Assembly: GCA_043228905.1 (NCBI GenBank)
Contig: JBHGNT010000031.1
Span: 186,001 to 250,000 of the forward strand
DNA: 64,000 bases
Direction of reading: 5' to 3'
Source: Azolla caroliniana
Taxonomy: Eukaryota; Plantae; Polypodiophyta
The first letter of the stretch is position 1. Each line of letters starts with the position of its first letter. A model generated the notes under the pieces. The model did not search any database and had not been told where the DNA came from. It worked only from the letters and a program-made list of their open reading frames with translations. Made by a program: the position numbers and the translations under genes. Below, piece after piece: positions 52,230 to 63,770 of this stretch.

Positions 52230-53697
52230 GTGAAGTTATCCGGAAGCGGTCTAGTTAAACTCCTCACTCTCTCTTATCGGCTCCTTCGTTCAAGACCTCG
52301 ATGGTCCCGCCCCATTCCGACGCATACACGTGGATTTCCGCGACGTCTTTGGTGAACTCGACGTGAAAGGGACAACAACTGAGTCCAAAATTGTAATAAC
52401 CATGATCATTAATCCTAAAATAAAGACATAAGTGACACAATCATACTGAAAATACGCGTTACCACCCATCTGCCCCTGGGCCAGATTCGACAGCACAAAC
52501 GAGGAATCCCGATCTGTCCCATACCAACGAGGATCTCCACATAAGGACCATGGTAGATGACTAGTTCACATCAAAGAGAGCTTCGTCAGAACCACTCATG
52601 GGGCCCATCCTGACTAAGGAGAGTATCCCCTATCTATATGACCTTGGCCATGTAATGACATCTACTTGACCAATCATGTGTGGGGAACCCAATGACACAC
52701 ATTAGGTCAGTCCAATAAAGCCAACGACTCAGATATTACAGTATGATAGCCCCCAAATAAGCATGTCTAAACCAATGAACATTACAAACTCCCCCCCTTT
52801 GTTTAATTGCACTCTTGCAATGGGAAGTTACGAAAATGTTTGCGTAATGTGTCTCCAGTTTCCCACGTGTTGTCTTCTTCCAATCTATCCTTCCACTTAA
52901 CCTTATACCAATGAACAACCTTTGACCTTAGGTTTCTTGACCTATGGTCGGGGATTTTCTCAGGTTCATGTGGAGCAAAATGATCATTCCTCGAATGTTG
53001 ATAAATTAGACGGTGATACAACATTATCATCATAACCAATCGCCTCATTTAATCAACTCACGTGGAATACGGGATGAACCATAACATTGGAAGGCAAATC
53101 CAAACGATAAGCATTGGGACCTATACGTTTTAAAAATTTATATGGTCCATAATACCGTGGGGCTAATTTTGCACATGATCCTGTTCTCAATGTTTCTGAG
53201 TTCTTAGAAACCCGTAGAAAAACCTGTTGTCCTACGTATCATGATTCTGAGTTTTCTATCATGATTCGCATAAAAGACATTTCTATCTCGTGCCATCCTA
53301 AGGTTTTCTTCTGCTAATTTACGTGCTTCAAGCATATCAGAGAGAAAATCGTTTGTACTATCCAAAGTATGCGAATCAAACGAAACATCAATAGGAGGAT
53401 ATGACGTATAACCATACATCAACATGAACAGACTTTATTTTGTTGATGTATGCTTAGCGTTGTTGTAGGAAAATTCCACCATAGGAAGGAAAGTCTCCCA
53501 TAATGAGAGTTTTTGCGCTACATATCCTCTAATATTTGATTCACTCTCTCAGTTTGCCCATCTGACTGAGGATGATCAGACGAATTGAGACTCAAGGTTG
53601 TTTGCAGTTTCTGCATAACGTCTGACCAAAATGTACTTGTAAACTTGGAGTCTCAATCACACTTACAATCTCGATTGGTAGACCATATAAGCTATAA
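52230..53697 (-). pseudogene. Chromoviral gypsy 3' end: LTR remnant, PPT, chromodomain and integrase C-terminal half
   Basis: The LTR edge ..ATTACA lies at about 52786, followed by a C-run (PPT on -). Motifs YKVKWK....DNTWE, PRYYGPY, HPQSDGQTE and LYGLP. It breaks off abruptly at 53697. Confidence 0.8.
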
Positions 53698-54059
53698 GGG
53701 GGAAAGCATGCGAGTGGAAACAATTAGCTATGTCCTTGACATAGCTAATTAGCTATGCAAAAAGCTACCATTGATAAATAGTCATTTTAGTAAAAAGCCA
53801 TCATTAATAAATTAACTATGCAAAAAATTACCATTGAAAATACTAGAGTGTTTTAATTACATATGCAAATGAGTGCCATAAATGTGCAACATAAACGTGC
53901 AACATAATTTGATATGTGCACCATAAATGTGTACCATAAATTATATATCAAATTCCTAGGTCCATTATGCATGATCCTTTGCCACATCATGTAGGCCATC
54001 TCTAGTTGAGTATTGTGGGTTAGTTTCTACCACTGTCGCTAAACCCTATCGAGTCCACC

Positions 54060-54720
54060 TGCCACCACTCTACACTCAAGGGCCGCTACTGTGCGTTCCA
54101 AGCATCATCAAAGAGCTGCTCAATCTGACGGGGTTCTCTTCTCTGTGCCACTCTACACTCAGGGGCCGCTATTGTGCGTTCCAAGCATCATCAAAGAGTT
54201 GCTCAATCTGACGGGGTTCTCTTCTCTGTGCCACTCTACACTCAAGGGCCGCTACTGTGCGTTCCAAGCATCATCAAAGAGTTGTTCAATCTGACGGGGT
54301 TCTCTTATCTGTGCCACTCTACACTCAAGGGCCGCTACTGTGCGTTCCAATCATCATCAAAGAGTTGTTCAATCTAACGGGGTTCTCTTGTCTGTGCCAC
54401 TCTACACTCAGGGGCCGCTATTGTGCGTTCCAAGCATCATCAAAGATCTGTTCAATCTAACGGGGTTCTCTTGTTTGTGCCACTCTACACTCAGGGGCCG
54501 CTACTGTGCGTTCCAAACATCATCAGTAATTGTTCAATCTGACGAGGTTCTCTTCTTTGTGCCACTCTACTCTCATGTGCCTTCTCTGTGCGTTCCAAGC
54601 ATCATCGGTAACTGTTCAATCTGACGGGGTTCTCTCCTCCATTGCCATCATTCTACACTCAGTTGCCGCTATTGTCCAGTCCTGGATTGCCTCCACATTT
54701 CGATTTGACGGAGTTCACTC
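54060..54720. repeat. 83-bp tandem array, about 7 copies, decaying to the right
   Basis: Unit CCACTCTACACTCAAGGGCCGCTACTGTGCGTTCCAAGCATCATCAAAGAG..CAATCTGACGGGGTTCTC. The ORF starts at 54091, 54174, 54257 and 54340 show the 83-bp period. Confidence 0.95.
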
Positions 54721-54967
54721 ATCCAATGGCAACATTCTACACTCAATTGTTGCCATTGGTCGGTCCTGGATCACCTCCTCAACTGTTCGATCCAATGGAG
54801 TGAACTCCTCTACTGTTCGGTCTTGGATTGCAATAACTTTTCTATCTATTGATTATCTTGTGTATTGTTGTGTCTAATCTTGTGTATTGTGGAATATTGT
54901 TGTGTATTGTTGTTGCCGATGGCCATCTTAAATACTTGTTTTTTTTCTGGAAATTTAGGGTTTTAAC

Positions 54968-57900
54968 ATGTCCAGCCAAATGGAAGGGGAAGAAGGGTGT
55001 TTAGAATTACCCTTCAATGATCATAAGGATAGGGATGATGCTATCAGGACACAACAAGCCATACGAAACTATTGGGCAGAAAAAAAAAAGGAAACATCGT
55101 CAATTGTTGAAGGATACGAAAGCCACACTCAGTAAAGGTAAGGATAGTTTAGCTGAGAATGTAAGTAATGCGAAAGAAAGGTTGTAGACTATTTCAATGT
55201 TCAAACCAAGCACATCAGCAATGAAGAAAAGAAGGTAGTACTTTATGGAATATGTAATGATCCATCGATAAAGGACTTAGTTGATTGTGATGGTCTTAAT
55301 GCAAACATATCATCTATTTTAGTAAATAATCTTCGTAATAGTTTCGTATCCATGAGCAGGTCAGAAGATGATCTTGTCTTAAAAAGGTCTAGTCTAATGA
55401 TGTTACTTAATAGTGATGTTGACGATATAAACATCAGTGAGCTATCTAAGGTAATTAGTGTTAGTAGAAAAACAGTGTACAATACAATGAACCGTATAAT
55501 TTCCTCGGGTGAAGGAACTAGTCTACTAAAGCTAACTACAAGATGTAAGCCAATCACACCCATAACATTTGAAATCAAGGATGTAATCACAATGTTTTGG
55601 ACTAATGAGAGTAGGGTTTCACCCAATAAAAAGGATTGATGCAGGAAACGTGTTGGAAGAAATCAATAGGAGGAGCATCCCATTCATCTTCTTGATGTAC
55701 CTCAGGTATTTACATTTATCTCAACATTTGTTTTGACTCTACACGGAAAGTTAATTAGCTCAGTTAGCAGAAAAGCTAATTAGCTTATCAGTTACATTTA
55801 CCTCAGTTAGCTACTAGGATAGCTACTACATAGGTAACTGGCTACTCTCAATAGCTACTACCATGATAGCTAATTAGCTATTCTCAATAGCTAATTTAGG
55901 TACTACCAGATAATTAGCTGTCTTGGTAGCTAGTTAGCTATCATGGTAGCTAGTTAGCTATTTCGTTATTACCAGCTAATTAGCTACTAGGAAAGCTAAT
56001 TAGCTACCATGATAGCTAATTAGCTTACTAGGATAGCTAATTAGCCACTGTGATAGCTAATTAGCTACTAGACCAGCTAATTAGTTACTAGAAACCTAAT
56101 TAGCCACCATGATAGCTAATTAGCTACTAGGACAGCTAATTAGCCACCATGATAGCTAATTAGCTACTAGACCAGCTAATTAGCTACCATGATAGCTAAT
56201 TAGCTACTAGACCAGCTAATTAGCTACCATGATAGCTAATTAGTTACTAGGAAAGCTAATTAGCCACCATGATAGCTAATTAGCTACTGACCAGCTAATT
56301 ATCTACTAGACCAGCTAATTAGCTACTAGAATAGCTAATAAGCTACTAGAATAGCTAATTAGCTACTAGAATAGCTAATTAGCTACTAGGATAGTTAGCT
56401 AGTTACGTGAATAACTAATTCCCCTTTATTACGTAGGTCGATTTATTTATTAGGTTCAAACGAATGCATCCAACTATCAAAGTTCAACTAAGAACATTCG
56501 AGTCTCTTAAGCCACACTTTGTGAGACACTTAAAGGATCGATACACATGTTGCATTTACCATGTACCGATGGGTTTTCTGAAGGACTCTATTAATCTACT
56601 ACGTCACCATAGCGCATCCCTAACTAATACAGTTTGCACATGTGGGTGCCCAATCTGTCGATCAAGCCCGCAAGAGGAGTGTAAATCATCTGAGCACATT
56701 ATCTCTTCCATGAGTTATTTATTAGATTCAATATTGTGTCTGAGAGAAACTGACACTATCTTCCATATTCATAAATGTGTCATGGGTTTATGTCAAGATT
56801 GTGGCCCTACTAGATTTAGGTGGTGTCCAAATGAACTGAGTAGTGAAATATTGATCTTTGTGAGGTTCTTTGAGTCAGTGAACACCAATTTCGAAGGAAA
56901 GGTGTGTAAAAGAAAGGATCTAGTTCGGAAGATGCTTAAACCAAGGGATTTGGTGTCTCTGTTTGTAGTATCTCTAGGAAAGTTCATTAAACACAAGTTC
57001 ATTTATTCATGGCAGGCCCATCAGTTTAAGACTTACATATCTAATTTCCCAAATGATGTAGTAGTCTCAGTAGTAGATTTCGCAGAGAATTATACTTTCA
57101 AGCAGCAGAATGAAATTCAATCTATGCATTGGTGTTCAGTTCAGGTAACCATTTTTGTGCACATAAAATATTTTCGAGTTTCAGGTGATGTTAAAAAAGT
57201 AATTCATTTCTTTATTTCCGATGATAAGAAGCATGATACCTTGTTCGTCCAACACTGTTTTAAGTTACATTGGCAGTGGTTATTAGCTCAACGTGCATCA
57301 CATGTAGTTGAATTTTTAAGAACAAATATGTCAACGAGTGCAACAGGTGTTTATTCCTCGCAAGTCCGAGATATCAAACATGAATTTTGGGAAGTGAAGA
57401 TAGATGAAGTAAATAGAGAGAAGACCTGGGAGTGCCAAGGAATTCCCGAATTGCAATCTTTGCATGTTGTTCGCGGTTATTCCAGGTTGGATGGTCATTG
57501 TATTGCGGTTAGAGAATTGACTTGTTTTTGCTTCCATTGTGTGTAGAGAAATTGGAGATATTGTCTAAACAAAGCATAGATTCAGAACTGGGAGTATCAC
57601 ACTCTGAATGATAAGGAAGCAGTTGATGGAGAAACAAGGCAGAATGCTAACTTCACATATGAGGGACTTGGAGATACTTTGAGTGGTGTCCTAAACGTTG
57701 GGGATAACTTCGCTGTAAATGCTAAAGAAGGCAATTCAAAGGGTGTTGATTTCTATATATTGAAGTGCACGGTTAGTAAACAGTGTGCAAGGCAGAATAT
57801 TGTAGATGCATGGGGAAATTTTGTATCTGCCGGGACATTCTACATCGAAGGCATTTTTTATGCAAAACTAGATGACTACGAATATGTGTACAGGCTGTTA

Positions 57901-58047
57901 GAAGACAAACCAACGGCGTACATGTACTCTCATTTGGTCAGGTACATCAACGTCCCAATGTCAGAATACAATAGCTGCTCAGGTTTATACACTGTTGGTG
58001 CTAATGTGTATGAATGTATTTACAATAGTATGCCATGGAATTTGTAG
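54968..58047 (+). pseudogene. Spliced Sola2-like DDD transposase; intron at 55706-56436; carries stops and an internal deletion
   Basis: SPNKKD..LLDVPQ|VDLFIRFKRMHP..F..LKP is in frame across a GT..AG intron. A Cys-rich region is followed by VDFAENY..QNEIQSMHW...QVTIF, SDDKKHD, IP...SLH and CFC..C. Confidence 0.7.
55750..56410. repeat. Intronic array of the palindrome TAGCTAATTAGCTA
   Basis: Dozens of copies with short spacers (CTAGGA, CCATGA, CTAGAC), bounded by the donor at 55706 and the branch point/acceptor at 56413-56436. Confidence 0.95.
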
Positions 58048-58395
58048 CTACAAGTAGCACTTACCATGTTCTCTTGTAAAACAAACATGTATTTCGCGAA
58101 AACAGTTAAATAAATTCGTTTGAGAATCAATTTCTTGTATATAGTCTGCTTTCTGTGCTTCTTTCTCAATAAAATCATGTCTTTTTTGTTAAGTTATAAG
58201 TTATAAGTTATATCGAAATAGTCATCAGTAGCTAATTAGCTGTACAAATGCAGCTAATTAGTTGTCAATAGCTAAATAGTCATCAATAGCATGAAATCAA
58301 CAATCTTCAACATATTCCTCAAATTACACAGTAGATAAGTACAGTGGGAACAATTAATTAAATTCTCCATTGAATAATGTCATCTCTTTACATAT

Positions 58396-59411
58396 TTATA
58401 AATTACCATTGGAAATGTCTACAAATCTCCTACAAACAACTAAGCTCTTATTAGTCAGTGGAACGAGTCTACATATATTATCCGCATATCGAGCTCGGTA
58501 TGGAGTCCACAACCATGCACCTAGTTGGCAGCTCACTGTCTGCACCAGGTACTGTTCAGGCATTTCCTCGGGTAGAATGAAACAACATCTCCGAATATTG
58601 AAGTAGTGCCGGAAATGTTCTGTATCCAAAATCAATGTATTGTCGGCATTATATTCAAGTCAAGTAGCCCAAAAATCAGAAAGTCTCTTGAATCTTGCAA
58701 CTTCCATTTGCTCACAATTTTCTTGTGCCCATTGACCTTTAAAACGACTTTGCCATTTTGGGAAGAATCTTGCTAAACACTTCCACATATCTGATTTTGG
58801 TTTTTCACTCCAAATAAACAAATCAAAGTATTGCACAACCCACTCTAGAAACTGATTCGTGTCCCTCCTTGGCTGCATATATCTCACACTCATCAAGACT
58901 TTATCAAGCTCAAAGATCAAGGCTCTTCTTTCGACTTCTAGTGGTTTAGGTTTCCATTCCTGAAACTGAGCCGTTGTTACACCATTTTCTGGTAGGACAC
59001 GATCAATCTCAATCAGCTCAGGTTCGGCCGACACAACTGGCGTCCTTTTCCTCTTCAAACCCCTAGTCGACTATGTTGGGCCTGGTTTCACATTCTGGTG
59101 CTCTTGTTTTGTTGACTTAGTTATCAATACTTGGATTACCTCGGTGCATGTAGCTACTAATCTGTTCGATATCAGTCCACTAGTATCACGTGCTGCATCT
59201 ACCTGCAACACCAAGTCATCCGTGCAACATGCAACATCTACCTGCAACACCAAGTCATCCGTGCAACATGCTTGATCAACTTGTGTGACCAGATCACTTG
59301 TGTCAGTTGCTACATCTACTTTCAAGATGGGGCCCTTTAAACATGCCGCAACATCAACAATATCCACACTGCCATTGGCCTTACGAGCAATAGAATCAAA
59401 CCGTTTAGACT
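58396..59411 (-). pseudogene. FCP1/NIF-like HAD phosphatase-domain cargo gene with N-terminal 13-aa repeats and a basic patch
   Basis: ORFs 59071-59490, 58660-59058 and 58396-58635 are in one frame, separated by single stops. Motifs LIFELDKVL, R...QFL.W....FDLFIWS, FKRL..FW and NTLILD. Acceptor TTGCAG at 59412. Confidence 0.6.
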
Positions 59412-60209
59412 CTGCAACATCAGAAAACACCAACATATTCACACTCACAAAGTAACTAACATTCTCACAAAACAACATCCTGAACATCAAAGAGTTTCAG
59501 TCATAGAACAACACTCTTCAAATTATCTTGGAAAAACATCATAGAGTTCCATTACATAATGTGGATCAAGCAACAACCAATCTAAGGTTTTACTTGTCCA
59601 ACAGGATAGTAAAACTTCATAAAACCCTAGCAAAATCCCTAAGCTAACAATCATATCCAACTAAACAGTATTTCGCTCCACTACGTCTAGGCCCCTTGAC
59701 CGAGTAACTGGTCTTGTTCCCGATCGTGGCCCCTTCTTCAGCCTTTTTCTGGTCGGTTCCCCATTTAGCCTTGCTTCTTTCACCCAATGCGCAAGTGTGT
59801 CCTCCTCCAACAACCTTCCCATCGCCTCAGCAGCTAATTGCACATCAACCGTTTCTTGAACTAGCTTTTCAAGTACAGAGGGATTTGTTTGGACATTTTT
59901 AGTAGTTGGGCTCGATGGGGTGGAATCAAGGTCTTGAGATTCGAAGAAATGTTGCATCAGGTGTTCATAAACACTGTTGTTGTGAACCTCAATTTTACAT
60001 GTTGTTTCCACTATTTCATGGCATTTCACATCGTTGCCTAATTCAGTACACTGTTCCAAAAGAATAGGGTGGAGCTGATCTGAAGGAGATGTGATAGCAG
60101 GACTCTTACTTTCAGCCACGTTGGCAACAGTATCCTCATCTGTTGCAGCGTCATCAGCACCAGACACATCATGTGTCGTCCTTAATCCACAAGATTCTAC
60201 AATAACATG

Positions 60210-61500
60210 GCAGCTATTTAGGATCGCTAATTAGCTACTTTACTAAACTATGGTAGAAGCTCGGATAGCTAATTAGCTAGTACGATAGCTAATTAGCTAC
60301 TTTACTCAACTATGGTAGTAGCTAGGATAGCTAATTAGCTACTATGGTAGCTAATTAGCTACTATGGTAGCTAATTAGCTACTTTACTCAACTATGGTAG
60401 TAGCTAGGATAGCTAATTAGCGTAAAGTAGCTAATGGTAGTAGCTAGGATACTACTTTACTCAACTATGGTAGAAGCTAGGATAGCTAATTAGCTACTTT
60501 ACTCAAATATGGTAGTACCTAGGATAGCTAATTAGCTACTTTACTAACTATGGTAGTAGCTAGGATAGCTAATTAGCTACTCTCAACTATGGTAGTAGCT
60601 AGGATAGCTAATTAGCTACTTTACTCAACTATGGTAGTAGCTAGGATAGCTAATTAGCTACTTTACTCAACTATGGTAGTAGCTAGGATAGCTAATTAGC
60701 TACAATGATAGCTAATTAGCTACTTTCTCAACTATGTAGTAGCTAGGATAGCTTATTAGCTACTTTACACAACTATGGCAGTAGCTAATTAGCTAGTAGG
60801 ATAGCTAATTAGTTGCCAGTAGCTTAGCTAGTAGGATAGCTAATTAGCTTTTTTACACAACTATGGTACTAACTAATTAGCTAGTACCATAGCTAATTAG
60901 CTACTAGGATAGCTTATTAGCTACTTTACACAATTATGGCAGTAGCTAATTAGCTAGTAGGATAGCTAATTAGTTGCCAGTAGCTAATTACCTAGTGGGA
61001 TAGCTAATTAGCTAGTAGGATAGCTAATTAGTTGCCAGTAGCTAATTACCTAGTAGGATAGCTAATTATCTTTTTTACACAACTATGGTACTAGCTAATT
61101 AGCTACTAGGATAGCTAATTAGCTAGTAGCTCATTAGCTGCCAGTAGCTAATTAGCTAGTAGGATAGCTAATTAGCTACTTTACACAACTATGGTGATAG
61201 CTAATTAGCTACTCATAGCTAATTAGCTAATAGCTAACTAGTTGGCATTAGCTAATTAGCTGCCAGTAGGATACTTAATTAGCTAGTAGCAAACTAGCTG
61301 CCACTTAGCTAATTAACTACTGTAGTAAACTATGGCAATAGCTAATTAACTAATAGGATAGCTATTAGCTGCTTTAATCAACTATGGTAGTAGCTAATTA
61401 GCTACAACAATAGCAGCAATTACGGCTTAGCTAATTAGAAAAGACTAAGCTTATTAGCAGCAATTACGGCTTAGCTAATTAGAAAAGACTAAGCTTATTA
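60210..61500. repeat. Intronic array of the palindrome TAGCTAATTAGCTA (intron 60197-61517)
   Basis: Higher-order unit of roughly 45 bp (CTACTTTACTCAACTATGGTAGTAGCTAGGATAGCTAATTAG), bounded by minus-strand CAG|GTATAC and TTGTAG|. Confidence 0.95.
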
Positions 61501-62949
61501 GCTACAGTATGGTATACCTGTTAGTTTTCTCCACTCATTTGGTAGAGCTGTACTGCAATCTCCCAAACAGAATGCAACAATTCGACAGGCATGTTGAAAA
61601 CAAAGCAGATGGTATGTGTGGTTGCATGGTTGTAGGTGAACCAACAAAGACGCAATTTTGTCCTCCACACCTAACCCGCAAGCGATGCAACGTGCTTGAA
61701 CTGTCAATAAATCATTTTCTGGTTCTGCTTCATTTGGTAAGGGAGCAAGAATGTTCAGGTCCAAATCCTATCTAGTCCTTACCATTCCCTCCACAAAATG
61801 TAGCTGCTTCTTAAGGCAGCTAACTACCTGTTCTTGATGAATGTATTGTTCCTTCAACGCAACAGAGAAATTTACAGATTAATTATTCCTATTGTTGAAT
61901 GATACACCAACTTTGCTCAAGAATCGTTAACTTAATTGAAGCTTATCCAAATTGTAATCTGCAACAGTATTTACACCTAGAAGGTCCAGGTTCATTGAAA
62001 GAACCTGGATCTCTATTTGCAGTTGTATTTTACGTTGGGGATCCAGTGGCCCCTCTAATTCAAGCTCCTGTTGCGCAACCTATTCCAGATAATGCTTGAT
62101 TAGCACATTTTACCCTTAAAGTTATTTATAACACAATCACATACCAGCAAAACAATAGTTACCTGAATCTTATTTCTAATCGTTGTAACAACGGAAGTAA
62201 CTTTGCTCTCCATTGCAAAAGCCATTGTGGCTTTCTCTAAATCAGTCTTAAAAAATGCCAATGTCTCACAGGCTTCATGGACATTTTTTAGCATATAGCC
62301 AACCAATGTCTCACCTGTATCATCGACATTGGCTTTCCTTGGGTGTCGGTGTGGTGTATGCCCCCGGTCTTGCTGGGAGTCAGCAGTTGCATCAACAGCT
62401 GCCATGCTCCAAAATCTGTCTATTTTTTTTGCCAAGGTCCCCATCTTTCGGCATCTTTTTACCGATGCCTCACCATAGACTGCCCAAGCTACACTATACA
62501 TTTCAGGGTCTCTGGATTCCTTCGTTGTTTTGCAGTACTCATATGCAAATGCTCTAGCAAATGAAACTGACAACTCATTGTTGACTGGGATGTCCTGATG
62601 AACTTTCTGGTGCAGCGTCATGCAGTCATCGTACAAGTCGGCTCGTACATGCTTCAACTTGACCTTGCCTTTGACTCTAGGCACTATATATACTATCATC
62701 CAGTCTACATCACTGATCAATTTATCACTTAGGACAGCAGGGTCAACACCCTCGAGTGACAGACCATAGGTGTTGTGGAAGTCCTCCTTTGTCTCGCAAA
62801 ATTTTGCGAAGTTTAGCACTCTCGGATACAAAGGAACGAGCCATCTGAAATATCATTTCAGAAATAAGAAATACTGCAAAATCCGAATATGTCAGAATCA
62901 AAAACCCCAATCAACAACAACAAAAATGGTGCAAAATCTTTAACTTAGC

Positions 62950-63770
62950 AAATCAGAAACCCTAATCATAATTTGTATTCAGAAATTTGAAATCAGAAAC
63001 CCTAATCAAAATCTGTAATCAGAAGTTTGAAATTAGAAACCCTAATCAAAATCCGTAATTAGAAGTTTGTAACCAAAAACCCTATTCAGAAATTCTAATA
63101 AAAAATTTATAATCAAAAACCCTAATAAAAAATTTCAATCAGAAACCCTAATCAGAAATTTCAATCACAAACCCTAATCAGAAATCCTAAACAGAAATTT
63201 ATAAACAAAAACCCTATTCAGAAATTCTAATTAGAAATTCTAATCTGTAATCAAAATTTGTAACCAGAAACCCTATTCAGAAATTCTAATAAGAAATTTA
63301 TAATAAAAAACCCTAATCAGAAATTTCAATCACAAACCCTAATCAGAAATCCTAAACAGAAATTTATAAACAAAAACCCTATTAAGAAATTCTAATCAGA
63401 AATTCTAATCTATAATCAAAATTTGTAACCAGAAACCCTATTTAGAAATTCTAATCAGAAATTTATAATAAAAAACCCTAATCAGAAATTTCAATCAGAA
63501 ACCCTAATCAGAAATTTCAATCACAAACCCTAATAAAAAATCCTAAACAGAAATTTATAAACAAAAACCCTATTCAGAAATTCTAATCTGTAATCAAAAT
63601 TTGTAACCAGAAACCCTATTCAAAAATTCTAATTAGAAATTTATAATCAAAAACCCTAATCAAAAATTTTAATCAGAAACCCTAATCAGAAATTTCAATC
63701 ACAAACCCTAATCAGAAATTTATAAACAAAAACCCTAATCAGAAATTTCAATCAGAAACCCCAATCATCA
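62950..63770. repeat. Intronic telo-box (AAACCCTA)-rich tandem array (intron 62845-63812)
   Basis: Repeated AAACCCTAATCAGAAATTT(C/A)..AATC units with higher-order structure, bounded by minus-strand CAG|GTGTGT and TTTCAG|. Confidence 0.9.

Noticed and set aside
54060-54720. CRISPR-like array
   Set aside because: The units are tandem near-identical 83-mers with no unique spacers, there are no cas genes, and the context is eukaryotic.
62950-63770. True or interstitial telomere
   Set aside because: The AAACCCT motifs are isolated within longer units rather than forming contiguous (TTTAGGG)n, and they lie between splice sites.
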